This document shows, one piece after another, positions 28,500 through 38,227 of a DNA stretch of 64,000 nt. The notes under the pieces are model-generated. The model made no database searches. It was not told where the DNA came from and worked only from the letters and a program-made list of their open reading frames with translations. The translations under genes and the position numbers were made by a program. The DNA is from an uncultured Hyphomicrobiales bacterium (GTDB taxonomy: Bacteria > Bacteroidota > Ignavibacteria > Kapaibacteriales > UBA2268), in assembly GCA_964509335.1 (NCBI GenBank), contig CAZDXB010000003.1, forward strand, positions 80,025 through 144,024. Reading direction: 5' to 3'. The first letter of the stretch is position 1, and every line of letters starts with the position of its first letter.

Positions 28500-30737
28500 A
28501 TGAGCGAGAATTTAGAGAATTTATATTCCGAAATTGAAATATCCGTCGAAACCGCCAAGGAAGTCGGATTAACCGAAGAAGAGTACGAAAAAGTAAAGGA
28601 TATTTTAGGAAGAACGCCCACTTACACCGAGCTTGGCGTTTACGGAGTTATGTGGAGCGAACATTGCTCCTACAAGAACTCGATATTACAATTGAAGACC
28701 TTGCCTCGTTCCGGCAGCGCGCTTTTAGTGGAAGCGGGAGCAGAGAACGCGGGTTTGGTAGATATAGGCGACGGCTACGCTATAGCGTTTAAGATAGAGA
28801 GTCATAATCATCCGTCCGCCGTGGAGCCTTTTCAGGGAGCGGCAACCGGCGTCGGCGGCATACTCAGAGATATATTTTCAATGGGCGCCAGACCTATAGC
28901 CGCGCTGGATTCTTTGAGATTCGGCGAGATAGATTCTAAAAGGAATAAATATTTGCTGCGAGGAGTCGTTGAAGGAATCGGGCATTACGGCAATTGCTTC
29001 GGCGTTCCGACCGTAGGCGGCGAAGTGTATTTCGAAGACAGATACTCCGACAATCCGCTAATTAACGCGATGGCTGTTGGAATTGTAAACACGGACAAAA
29101 TAGCCAGCGCGAAAATTAAGGGAGACGGAAATCCAGTGTTTATAGTAGGAAGCGGAACCGGCAGAGACGGCATACACGGCGCTTCCTTGCTGGCTTCTCG
29201 CGAATTTGGCGACGACAGCGAGGATATGAGACCGACCGTGCAAGTCGGAGACCCCTTCGCCGAGAAATTGTTGCTCGAAGCGACGCTTGAATTAATTGAA
29301 GCGGGCGTAGTGGACGCTGTTCAAGATATGGGAGCGGCGGGAATTTCCTGCTCGACTTCGGAGATGAGCGCTCCGAACGGTTTGGGAATGGAAGTTGACC
29401 TTGATAAAGTTCCTTTGAGGGAGGAGGGAATGTCGGCTTACGAGATTATGCTTTCCGAATCGCAAGAGAGGATGCTTTTCGTAATTAAAAAAGGCAAAGA
29501 AGAAAAAGCGAGGGGAATTTGCGATAAATGGGACGTTCCTTTTACTAAAATCGGCGATACTAACGATACCGGTATGCTGAACATTTACAGAGACGGCAAA
29601 CGCGTATGCTATATGCCCGCGGATTCGTTAGTGTTGGGCGGCGGCGCCCCGAAATATGTTCGAGACGCGAAAGAACCTGAGTATCTCAAGGAAACGAAAA
29701 AGTTCAATCCCGATAGTTTGGAATTGAAGATTAGTTTAGAAGAGGCTTTTTGGCAAATATTAAAATCTCCGGCTGTAGCTTCCAAACGGTGGGTTTACGA
29801 GCAATACGACAGACAAGTTCAAACAAACACAGTTTATTGCGAAGGCGACGCCGCGATTATGAGATTAAAGGAAGTCCCCGGCAGAGCCATAGCGACGGCG
29901 ACAGATTGCGCGAGCCGTTTCGTGTATTTGAATCCGTATGAAGGAGCTATGGCGGCGGTAGCGGAAGCGGCGCGAAACGTCGTTTGCGTCGGCGCCGAGC
30001 CGGTCGCGATAACGAATTGCTTGAATTTCGGCAATCCTTACGACCCTGAAGTATATTGGACTTTTAAAGAAGTAATCAGAGGAATGAAACACGCCTGCGA
30101 GGCTTTTGATACGCCGGTTACGGGCGGCAACGTTAGTTTCCACAACGAATCGAAAGACAGGGCGGTTTATCCTACGCCCGTTATTGGAATGCTTGGCGTT
30201 ATTAAAAACGTCGATAAAACGGCGACCGCTGGATTTAAGAACGAGGGCGACGCTGTATATTTAATTGGCTCGAGTAGGGAAGAGCTAGGCGGTTCGGAAT
30301 ATTTGAAAAGAATTTTCGGAATTGTTTCCGGCGACGCTCCCAAAATAGACATAGAGGAGGAGAAAAGATTGCACAGAGCTATATTAAGGTCTATTAGAGA
30401 AGGCGCGGTAAATTCCGTTCATGATTGCAGCGAAGGCGGTTTGGCGGTATGTTTAGCCGAAAAAGCTATTATGTCGGAAGGGAATTTAGGAGCTAATATA
30501 AATTTAGGAGATGAAATTAAGCCCGAAACCTTATACGGCGAATCGCATTCTCGAGTAGTTGTTTCATTAGATGAGAAAAAAGCTAACGCGTTCGAAAAAA
30601 TATGCGCTCAGAATTTAGTCGGCTATAGAAAAATCGGCGAAGTAATCGAGGGCGAATTAGTAGTCGAAGGCTGTTTAAAAGTAAACGTGGATAAGTTAAG
30701 GGACGAATACGAAAGCGCGCTGCCGAATATGATATAA
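28500..30737 (+). CDS. purL: Phosphoribosylformylglycinamidine synthase subunit PurL (FGAM synthase II)
   Basis: 745 aa. Duplicated AIRS/PurM-like domains. Conserved PurL blocks ([25 protein letters not shown]; the Gln-amidotransferase-lacking small PurL form). Confidence 0.9.
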   Translation: MSENLENLYSEIEISVETAKEVGLTEEEYEKVKDILGRTPTYTELGVYGVMWSEHCSYKNSILQLKTLPRSGSALLVEAGAENAGLVDIGDGYAIAFKIESHNHPSAVEPFQGAATGVGGILRDIFSMGARPIAALDSLRFGEIDSKRNKYLLRGVVEGIGHYGNCFGVPTVGGEVYFEDRYSDNPLINAMAVGIVNTDKIASAKIKGDGNPVFIVGSGTGRDGIHGASLLASREFGDDSEDMRPTVQVGDPFAEKLLLEATLELIEAGVVDAVQDMGAAGISCSTSEMSAPNGLGMEVDLDKVPLREEGMSAYEIMLSESQERMLFVIKKGKEEKARGICDKWDVPFTKIGDTNDTGMLNIYRDGKRVCYMPADSLVLGGGAPKYVRDAKEPEYLKETKKFNPDSLELKISLEEAFWQILKSPAVASKRWVYEQYDRQVQTNTVYCEGDAAIMRLKEVPGRAIATATDCASRFVYLNPYEGAMAAVAEAARNVVCVGAEPVAITNCLNFGNPYDPEVYWTFKEVIRGMKHACEAFDTPVTGGNVSFHNESKDRAVYPTPVIGMLGVIKNVDKTATAGFKNEGDAVYLIGSSREELGGSEYLKRIFGIVSGDAPKIDIEEEKRLHRAILRSIREGAVNSVHDCSEGGLAVCLAEKAIMSEGNLGANINLGDEIKPETLYGESHSRVVVSLDEKKANAFEKICAQNLVGYRKIGEVIEGELVVEGCLKVNVDKLRDEYESALPNMI

Positions 30738-30743
30738 AAGAAT

Positions 30744-31493
30744 TTAGTATTTTTGTCCGCTGCTGTCTATCATAGGAACGAATCTAACGGGTAGCGTTTT
30801 TTCCTTTAATAATTCCCCGTCTATTTTCCGATAAAGAATCAAACTTTGAGAGAAACTTCTGCCGACCGGAATTATCATTTTCCCGTCTTCGGCGAGTTGC
30901 TTTTTTAAAGCGGGCGGCGTTTCTTTCGGAGCGCAAGTAACAATAATAGCGTCGTAGGGAGCGTTTTCTTCCCAGCCTTTAAAGCCGTCGCCAACCTTGA
31001 AATATATGTTGTCGTAACCTAATTCGTCGGTTGCTTTCTTCGCTCTTTCCGACAAGGATTCGAAAATTTCAATAGTGAAAACCGAATCGCACAGTTCGGC
31101 TAATATCGCCGCTTGGTAACCGGAGCCGGTGCCTACCTCGAGGACTTTATCGGTTTTTTCCAATTCGAGCTCTTGAGTCATATAAGCTACGATATAAGGC
31201 TGGGAGATAGTCTGACCGCTGCCTATAGGAAGAGGGGAATCGTCGTAAGCGGAGCCTTTATATTCGTCCGGCACGAATCTATGTCTTTTCACTTTGCGGA
31301 ACGCTTCCAATACTTTTGTAGCGTCAATATCTCTGCGCTCAAGTTGATATTTGGCCATCCGTTCGCGCTCGGCTTTGTATTTATCTTTGCGCGATTCTTT
31401 CTCTTTTCCGTTTCCAAAGAAAAATGGCGTCATAAGCATTCCTGTTATTATTAACGCGGTCGCGGTAGTTATTATTTTATTTCTTTTTTTCAT
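30744..31493 (-). CDS. pcm: Protein-L-isoaspartate O-methyltransferase with N-terminal signal peptide/membrane anchor and K/E-rich linker
   Basis: 249 aa. PIMT SAM motif VLEVGTGSGYQAAILAEL, post I/II/III motifs. The N-terminus MKKRNKIITTATALIITGMLMTPFFFG is hydrophobic and is followed by a KEKESRKDKYKAERERMAKYQLERR linker. Confidence 0.85.
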   Translation of the reverse strand: MKKRNKIITTATALIITGMLMTPFFFGNGKEKESRKDKYKAERERMAKYQLERRDIDATKVLEAFRKVKRHRFVPDEYKGSAYDDSPLPIGSGQTISQPYIVAYMTQELELEKTDKVLEVGTGSGYQAAILAELCDSVFTIEIFESLSERAKKATDELGYDNIYFKVGDGFKGWEENAPYDAIIVTCAPKETPPALKKQLAEDGKMIIPVGRSFSQSLILYRKIDGELLKEKTLPVRFVPMIDSSGQKY

Positions 31494-31500
31494 AGCGGGT

Positions 31501-33171
31501 TTAGTCTTTATTTTTTGGCAAAGTGAACGTAAAGGTCGAACCTCTATCTAACTCGCTTTCCGCCCAAATTTCGCCGCCGCTTTGTTCGATAAGTTCTTTT
31601 GTCAGCGACAAACCTATTCCCGAGCCTTTTTCTCCGTCGGCGCTTTCCGTCGCCGCTTTTTCTTCTAACTTGAAGATTTTATCGAGACGGTCTTGTTTAA
31701 TACCTACTCCGCTGTCTTTCACGGATATGGCAATGCGATTGTCTTCGGTTTCTTCGCTGTAAATGGCGATTTTACCGCCGTGGTGGGTAAATTTAATAGC
31801 GTTTGAAACTAAATTTCTCATTATGGTTTTTATTGTGTTCGCGTCGGATATTACTTTATGTTCAGTAGGAATGTCAATATTTAATTCTAAGCTTTTTTCT
31901 TGTATTTTGGGAGAAAATAAGTTTGACACTTCGTTAACGCATTCGGACAAGTGTATTGTTTGCGGTTCGAATTTCTTGGCGTCTCTTTGAATTTTCGACC
32001 ATTCAAGTAGGTTTTCCAAGAGTTGATACAAGTTGTTGGCGGATTCGAGCAGCGTGTCTAATAGCTCTTTAATTTCATCTTGCGTTAGTTTGTCGAATTC
32101 GCTTTTAATAATGCCGACTAAGCCCGTGAATCCCGTTAAAGGGCTCCTTAGGTCGTGGGCTATTATCGAGAAAAATTTGTCTTTAGTTTTAACGGCTTTT
32201 CTCAACTCCCGCTCGGATTTTTTTAATGTCTCCTCGGCTTTTTTTCTTTCGCTTATGTCGCGAAGAGAGCCGCAGATTTTATAAGGCTCGCCCTTTTCGT
32301 TGTAAATAACGTTGGAGCTTATTGAGCAGGGGATAGTATTGTCGTATTTATCTTTCAGGTTAATTTCGTAATCTTTAACGAATCCTTTTTCTTTTATACG
32401 TTTTAGAAGCTCGTCTCTTTCTTTCGGGTCGGCGTAAAAATCGTATAACGTCGTTTTTCGCGTTTCTTCGGGCGCGTATTTTATCAATTCATAGAAGGAA
32501 GGACTAATAATTGAAATTTTGCCGCTGAAATAGGTTTCGTAATATATATCGCGAATGTTTTCGAAAATGTTCTTGTATTTTTTTTCGCTTTCTCTTTGCG
32601 CTATTAGAGCTTGACGGCGTTGCAAGGCGACGGCGGAAATATGCGCTAGAGTTTTTATTATTCTTTCGTTGTCAATTCTATCTTTGCCGCGTAGGACGAT
32701 TAAAATAGTTCCGTATAAAATCGATTGAACCGAAAGCCCTATTGAGTATAATTTTTTGATTGAAAAAGCGTTTTCAATAATTTGACTAACAGTTTTGGGA
32801 ATTTTTTCGAATGAAGCTTGATGAAATCCTCCTTCAATTTCCAACAAATTTTGTTCTAAAAGCGCTTCTTTATATTTTTCATTTATGGGATATAAGGCTC
32901 CCATTGGATTAAATCCAAGCAAGCTCGCTACTTTATTGAGGTTGTCTGAAAAACCTACGATTGATTCAGTTTTCGCTAAGTTTTGGTCGGGAGAAAAAGA
33001 ATGAACCAAAATATACGAGTCTTCGAAAAGTAATTTAATTCGCTCGGCTATATATTGGTATATGTTATCGTTTTCGTTTAGTTTAACAAAACCCAGAGCC
33101 GTCTCGTATAGGAATTCATTTTCCGTTTCGTTTAGAATTGGGTTGTTGTTTATATTTTTAGTCGGCGACAT
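31501..33171 (-). CDS. PAS-domain sensor histidine kinase (cytoplasmic)
   Basis: 556 aa. N-terminal GAF-like region and PAS. H-box FFSIIAHDLRSPL. HATPase (MRNLVSNAIKFT, GSGIGLSLTKE). Stop codon 7 nt before the pcm start. Confidence 0.8.
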   Translation of the reverse strand: MSPTKNINNNPILNETENEFLYETALGFVKLNENDNIYQYIAERIKLLFEDSYILVHSFSPDQNLAKTESIVGFSDNLNKVASLLGFNPMGALYPINEKYKEALLEQNLLEIEGGFHQASFEKIPKTVSQIIENAFSIKKLYSIGLSVQSILYGTILIVLRGKDRIDNERIIKTLAHISAVALQRRQALIAQRESEKKYKNIFENIRDIYYETYFSGKISIISPSFYELIKYAPEETRKTTLYDFYADPKERDELLKRIKEKGFVKDYEINLKDKYDNTIPCSISSNVIYNEKGEPYKICGSLRDISERKKAEETLKKSERELRKAVKTKDKFFSIIAHDLRSPLTGFTGLVGIIKSEFDKLTQDEIKELLDTLLESANNLYQLLENLLEWSKIQRDAKKFEPQTIHLSECVNEVSNLFSPKIQEKSLELNIDIPTEHKVISDANTIKTIMRNLVSNAIKFTHHGGKIAIYSEETEDNRIAISVKDSGVGIKQDRLDKIFKLEEKAATESADGEKGSGIGLSLTKELIEQSGGEIWAESELDRGSTFTFTLPKNKD

Positions 33172-33206
33172 AAGTATTTGTTAATCGTATCATAATACTA
33201 TACAGT

Positions 33207-34328
33207 TTAAGAATTTTTTTTGAAATTGTCAATAACTTCTTCGCATTTTTTAAGCATTAGTTCTGCGGACTTGTCCCAAGAAAACTTCTTAGCCCAATCC
33301 ACAGCCCCTTTAGAGAGTTGTTTTTTTAATTCTTTGTTCTCGAAAACTTGCGTGATTTTATCAGCCAACTCCGAAATATTGCCGTATTCGTATAATAATC
33401 CTGAAACTCCCGGTTTTACCGAATCTCTTAATCCCGGCGAGTCGGCGGATATTACCGGCGTTCCGCAGGCGTTCGCTTCGATGTTTGTTATGCCCCAGCC
33501 TTCTTTCATCGAGGTGTTTACAACGCAGTGAGCCAAACTTAGATATTTCACTTTGTCTTCTTCGCTAACGAATCCGAAAAACTTGGTTTTATCTCTGATT
33601 CCTAAGTTGTCGGCGATTCTTTTTAATCGAGGCATAAAGCTCCCTTTGCCTAAAAAGTGTAGTTCGGCTTGCGGGAATTTTTTGGATACTATGGAAAAAG
33701 CTTTTACGAGATGGTCGACGCTCTTGTATTTTTTGAGTCTGCCAAAATAAGTTACGACCGGCTTTTCGTATTTTTCTCCGACCGACATAGGGAAATTCTC
33801 CTGAGTTATCGCGTTGGGAACTATGGAGAACAATTTGGGATTGAAGCCGCGCGAGACGAATTCGTCTAAGGTGCTTTGCGAAACGACGGCGAATGGGGTG
33901 GATTTGTAAACGTAATCGACGTATTTTTCCGCCAAATAAACGTAAAGTCCGCTTATTGGATTGGTTTCCCTAAAAATGCTTTTGCCGAAAAAGTGGTGGC
34001 TGATTGCCAACAGCGGTTCTTTTACGTAAAGGGGGGTATAGAAAGGGATTTTGTTAATGTCGTCGATTATTATGTCGAAGTTTTCTTTGCTGAATCGTTT
34101 TTTATATTCTATCGGAACGCGGTAGTTGAACCAATTTCTGCTTCCTTTGCGAATAACTCTTATTCCGTCAACAATTTCTTCGCTTTTAGAGCCCTCGAAT
34201 CGGCAAGCGAATATTGTAACGTTATGTCCTTTCGCGGCTATTCTTTTAAATATTTCGTGCAAATGGACTTCCGCTCCGCCGCCGAGCGGATTTTTAATAT
34301 CTTGCCAATTTATCGCTAGTATCTTCAT
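33207..34328 (-). CDS. Glycosyltransferase family 4 (GT-B, RfaG-like)
   Basis: 373 aa. N-terminal GGAEVHLHEIFKRI motif and C-terminal E-x7-E-like GT4 motif region (EGWGITNIEANACGTPVI). Confidence 0.8.
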   Translation of the reverse strand: MKILAINWQDIKNPLGGGAEVHLHEIFKRIAAKGHNVTIFACRFEGSKSEEIVDGIRVIRKGSRNWFNYRVPIEYKKRFSKENFDIIIDDINKIPFYTPLYVKEPLLAISHHFFGKSIFRETNPISGLYVYLAEKYVDYVYKSTPFAVVSQSTLDEFVSRGFNPKLFSIVPNAITQENFPMSVGEKYEKPVVTYFGRLKKYKSVDHLVKAFSIVSKKFPQAELHFLGKGSFMPRLKRIADNLGIRDKTKFFGFVSEEDKVKYLSLAHCVVNTSMKEGWGITNIEANACGTPVISADSPGLRDSVKPGVSGLLYEYGNISELADKITQVFENKELKKQLSKGAVDWAKKFSWDKSAELMLKKCEEVIDNFKKNS

Positions 34329-34345
34329 ATCCTTAACCTATAATT

Positions 34346-35449
34346 TTGAAATTCGCCTATGCTTTTGGCATAAACATTGAGTTAAATTTAAGAAAAAATA
34401 TGGATATAAAAATAAGGTTTGCTACCAACGGTATGTTTTTAAATAAAAATTCAAGAGCGAGCAAAAAGCGCGGTAGAATAACAACCAAGCGCTTAATATT
34501 AGTCGTTTGCGCGTCGGCTTTGTTTATATTCTCTTATTGTTCTAGACCTAGAAGCGTCAGCTCGACGAGTTCGTTTCTAACCGGCAAGAAGCAAACCGAG
34601 AGATACGCCGTTCCTATTAATAAAGAGGAGAAGAAAATGGAGACTGTTAAAAAAGAGCCAGAAACAAAGGCAATTAAAAAACAAAAGAAAACGGAAAACG
34701 GCGCTAAAGAAGAAGCCATAGCCGGTTTAAGCGAGGAAAACCCCAAAGAACAGAATAACGATAGCCAAGGCAAAGTCTTCTCCTCGCTTCAATCTCAATT
34801 AGACGATTTGAACGAAGGACAAGACGAAATAAAAGATAAAATTGACGATATAGAAAAAAGATTAAAAAAATTAGAAAATTCAGAAAAAGCGAGTAGCAAA
34901 AGAAAAGTAGAGAATAGCGGTAGAAGCTCCGGCGGAAATATTCTTTTACCGGACGAGGAAGTTAAAGCCAAAAGTAATAAAGACAAGTCGAAGCGAGTTT
35001 GGCAAAATACCGGCGATAGGAATCAGTCTTCCAATCAATCGAATAGTAATAAAGGAAAAGGCGTAAGCGATTATAAAGCGGTCTCCGACAACAGTCAAAT
35101 GAAATTAATCAAAAACGCCGTCCGAGAAAAGGATTATCAGGAAGCGATAAAAGAATTGAAAGATATGCTTAAGAAAGCTAATAATCCCGTAACGATAAAT
35201 ATTTGTTATTTCCTTCTCGGGGAGTCGCATCTGGGATTAAAACAGTACGGCAAAGCTATAGAGTTTTATAAAAAAGTAATCGATTCGGGCGCCCCCGACA
35301 AATCCGACGAAGCCCAATTGATGATAGCCAAAACACAAGTAAGGCGAGGCAGAGTAGAGGACGCCGTTAGAGAGTTTGAGAATTTGATACGCGATTACCC
35401 CAGAAGCGAATACGTTCCAGTCGCTCGCAAAATGTTGCAACAGCTTTAA
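34346..35449 (+). CDS. TPR-repeat protein with signal anchor and long coiled-coil/KE-rich region (YbgF-like C-terminus); the true start is probably downstream of 34346
   Basis: C-terminal TPR-like repeats (YQEAIKELKDMLKK..., YGKAIEFYKKVIDS..., VEDAVREFENLIRDYPRSEY). Low-complexity K/E/N-rich middle. Hydrophobic segment LILVVCASALFIFSYC. The 34346 start lies 17 nt from the divergent GT4 start, so an internal Met (around 34400-34433) is more plausible. Confidence 0.5.
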   Translation: MKFAYAFGINIELNLRKNMDIKIRFATNGMFLNKNSRASKKRGRITTKRLILVVCASALFIFSYCSRPRSVSSTSSFLTGKKQTERYAVPINKEEKKMETVKKEPETKAIKKQKKTENGAKEEAIAGLSEENPKEQNNDSQGKVFSSLQSQLDDLNEGQDEIKDKIDDIEKRLKKLENSEKASSKRKVENSGRSSGGNILLPDEEVKAKSNKDKSKRVWQNTGDRNQSSNQSNSNKGKGVSDYKAVSDNSQMKLIKNAVREKDYQEAIKELKDMLKKANNPVTINICYFLLGESHLGLKQYGKAIEFYKKVIDSGAPDKSDEAQLMIAKTQVRRGRVEDAVREFENLIRDYPRSEYVPVARKMLQQL

Positions 35450-35806
35450 AATTGCGACCCAAATCGTCTTCGGTTTTTTAATATCGAACAAGTCTTCCTT
35501 CCTAAATCATTTATGCAAAGCTCTGCAAGCCGCCGCTATTGCGTTATTTATAGCGAAAAAATGAAAAGTTCATAAAGCCTTAAAAAATTTTTAAAATATT
35601 TTTTTAAATCGAAGCAATAATATTAAATTGCGTTAGAAATAAGAGTAGAAACGCTATTTGATATACAGATAGAAAAGAAACGAAGTCGTTCAGGCATTCG
35701 CGGGTAAGTTTTTATAATATAGCGAGATAGCCCGCAATCGCTGTGAATGACTTTTTCTTTTTAGTTGTTAATAATAAAAAACGATTATACTAAAGGAGTT
35801 GGAATT

Positions 35807-37093
35807 ATGGCAGAAGGAACATTTAACGCGTTCGAAATGGCGCAAGAACAGTTTGACGCTATTGCCGAGAATTTAGCTTTGGACCAAGCTTCTCGGGACT
35901 TTTTAAGGAATCCCGACAGGGAGTATCATTTTAACGTTCCGATTAGGATGGACGACGGTTCTTATAAAGTCTTCAGAGGATTTCGCGTGCAGCACAACAA
36001 CGCTCGCGGACCCTGTAAAGGCGGAATAAGATTTCACCCGCAGGAAACGATAGATACGGTTAGGGCTTTGTCGATGTGGATGACATGGAAGACAGCCGTT
36101 GTTGATATTCCGTTAGGCGGCGGCAAGGGCGGCGTTATTTGCGACCCTCATAATTTATCTATGAGAGAACAAGAAGCAGTTTGTAGGAGTTGGGTAAGGC
36201 AGTTGGCGAAGAACATAGGACCTTTGGAAGACGTGCCGGCTCCGGACGTGATGACGACAGGTCAACATATGCTTTGGATGTTGGACGAATACGAGAAGAT
36301 TACCGGATACAAAGCTCCCGGTTTGATTACCGGCAAGCCTTTGGGAATGGGCGGTTCGCTCGGAAGAACCGAAGCGACAGGATTCGGCTTGATGTACACT
36401 GTTAGAGAATCTTTAAAGGAATTGGGAATAGAAGCGAAAGACACTACCGCTTCCTTCCAAGGTTTTGGGAACGTTAGTCAGTACGCTTTTCAGCTTTATA
36501 ATGAATACGGCGGAAATGTTATCGCGGTTTCGTCTTGGGACAATACTGATAAAACGTCTTATACTTTCAGAAAGAAAAATGGTATCGATTACGACGAATT
36601 AAAAGGTATAACCAATCGCTTTGGGGAAATCGACAAAGAAAGAGCGAAAGAACTCGGCTACGAGCAGTTGGAAGGCGGAGCCTGGATAGAGCAGGAAGTT
36701 GACATTCTCGTTCCAGCCGCTCTCGAAAATCAGATAAACGCCGAAACCGCTCCGAAAATTAAGGACACGGTTAAAATAATCGCAGAAGGAGCCAACGGAC
36801 CTACTACGCCCGAAGCCGACGAGATATTTAAATCCAACAACGTTTGGGTTGTTCCCGATTTCTTGGGCAACGCCGGCGGCGTAACTTGTTCGTATTTTGA
36901 ACAGGTTCAGTGCAATATGAATTATTTCTGGCCCAAAGAGGAAGTATTAACCAAACTGGACGAAAAAATGACTACGGCGTATAAAGCCGTTTCTAATTTA
37001 GCGAGGAATCGCGACTTATATATGCGAGACGCGGCTTATATGATTTCTATTTCAAGAGTTGCCGAAGCTTGTAAAATGCGCGGTTGGGTTTAA
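35807..37093 (+). CDS. gdhA: Glutamate dehydrogenase (Glu/Leu/Phe/Val dehydrogenase family)
   Basis: GDH signature KGGIRFHP...LGGGKGG and Rossmann GFGNVSQY. ATG at 35807 has AAGGAG 8 nt upstream. The ORF-track start at 35765 is a TTG extension. Confidence 0.9.
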   Translation: MAEGTFNAFEMAQEQFDAIAENLALDQASRDFLRNPDREYHFNVPIRMDDGSYKVFRGFRVQHNNARGPCKGGIRFHPQETIDTVRALSMWMTWKTAVVDIPLGGGKGGVICDPHNLSMREQEAVCRSWVRQLAKNIGPLEDVPAPDVMTTGQHMLWMLDEYEKITGYKAPGLITGKPLGMGGSLGRTEATGFGLMYTVRESLKELGIEAKDTTASFQGFGNVSQYAFQLYNEYGGNVIAVSSWDNTDKTSYTFRKKNGIDYDELKGITNRFGEIDKERAKELGYEQLEGGAWIEQEVDILVPAALENQINAETAPKIKDTVKIIAEGANGPTTPEADEIFKSNNVWVVPDFLGNAGGVTCSYFEQVQCNMNYFWPKEEVLTKLDEKMTTAYKAVSNLARNRDLYMRDAAYMISISRVAEACKMRGWV

Positions 37094-37123
37094 ATCTAGA
37101 TAATTGATTTATAAGCCGTCTCT

Positions 37124-37218
37124 GATTTTGAACTTAGATTCCGAATTTTGAATATAGCGATTGGAAAATAAATTTTGGAGGAATCGAATAGTCCGATTAA
37201 AGAGACGGCTTTTTTTTA
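37124..37218 (+). terminator. Long-range inverted repeat (10-bp arms, about 67-nt loop) followed by T8: candidate gdhA terminator or structured 3' UTR element
   Basis: AGCCGTCTCT (37124-37133) ... AGAGACGGCT (37201-37210) then TTTTTTTT. Confidence 0.3.
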
Positions 37219-37328
37219 TCCATTAGTCCTCAAAAATTAAAATTTATTTATTTTATATTTTTTTAATCCACATTATATTTTTAAATTAACGTTTTCAAAG
37301 CTGGCTTAAATTAACGGTAAGTAAACAA

Positions 37329-38204
37329 ATGGCTTTTATTGAATCGGTATTAGAGACGCAGGAATTCGCGACCTTGCCTCCGGTGGCGACGAAGGTTTTG
37401 GAATTGTTGGACGACGAAAACGTGGACGTTCGGGATTTAGCGAAGATAATTGAATCCGACGCGCCGCTGACTTTAAAGTTGCTTCGCGTGGCGAATTCGC
37501 CTTTATACGCTACTAGAACCGACGTGGATTCTGTTAATCAAGCGATTATGACATTGGGGTTTAATCGGTTGGTCAATATCGTTTTGGGAGTGTCGATATT
37601 CTCTCGTTTTTTAATGTCGTCGCAAAAGAAAGCCGTAAATTTACTTAAGAAGTTTTGGTGGCATTCTTCTTCGACTGCGGTAGTGGCTAAGTCTCTTGTC
37701 AGAAAGATAAAAGTTAATTACAAGGAAGCTGAATTTATCGGCGGTTTGCTTCACGATATAGGCAAGCTAGCTATGATTCAATTCGACTCCGACAAGTTCC
37801 TAAAAGTAGTGGAAATGGTAGAAGAAAAGAACGTTATGGACGTCGAAGCCGAGAAGGAAATTTTCGGAGTTGACCATTTAGAAGTCGGCAAAGAAATCGC
37901 GAAAATGTGGAAACTGCCTAAGCAACTAGAAGCGGTTATAGCCAGCCATAACTTCCCCGAAAAAATCGGCAAGCACGCCGATTTGGTCGCCGCCGTTCGT
38001 TTTTCCGATATTCTCTGCGAGATGTGGGGCGCAGATATTCACGAGGGATTTGAAAAAGTCAAGATAAAAGAAGAGGAATCTTTACAGGTCTTGTTCGAGC
38101 ATTTCCCCACTCTTAGAAGTTTGGATTTGGAAGTTTTCACTTTTGAATTGGAAGAAGATTTTAAAATGTCCACCCAATTCTTGAATTTGATTTCGGAAGC
38201 GTAA
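37329..38204 (+). CDS. HDOD domain signalling protein
   Basis: 291 aa. HDOD-like blocks (DLAKIIESDAPLTLKLLRVANSPLY, LLHDIGKLAM, HLEVGKEIAKMW). Confidence 0.7.
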   Translation: MAFIESVLETQEFATLPPVATKVLELLDDENVDVRDLAKIIESDAPLTLKLLRVANSPLYATRTDVDSVNQAIMTLGFNRLVNIVLGVSIFSRFLMSSQKKAVNLLKKFWWHSSSTAVVAKSLVRKIKVNYKEAEFIGGLLHDIGKLAMIQFDSDKFLKVVEMVEEKNVMDVEAEKEIFGVDHLEVGKEIAKMWKLPKQLEAVIASHNFPEKIGKHADLVAAVRFSDILCEMWGADIHEGFEKVKIKEEESLQVLFEHFPTLRSLDLEVFTFELEEDFKMSTQFLNLISEA

Positions 38205-38227
38205 ATTCAATTAACTAGTCGCGCTAT

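Noticed and set aside
34346-34432. N-terminal 18-29 codons of the TPR-protein ORF
   Set aside because: The start at 34346 is only 17 nt from the divergently oriented GT4 start codon, leaving no room for a promoter. An internal Met (MDIKIRF or MFLNKNS) is more plausible. The feature is kept but the start is flagged uncertain.
35765-35806. ORF-track start of gdhA at TTG 35765 (MLIIKNDYTKGVGI...)
   Set aside because: The in-frame ATG at 35807 is preceded by a well-spaced AAGGAG, and MAEGTFNAFEM aligns with GDH N-termini. The upstream extension translates the RBS itself.
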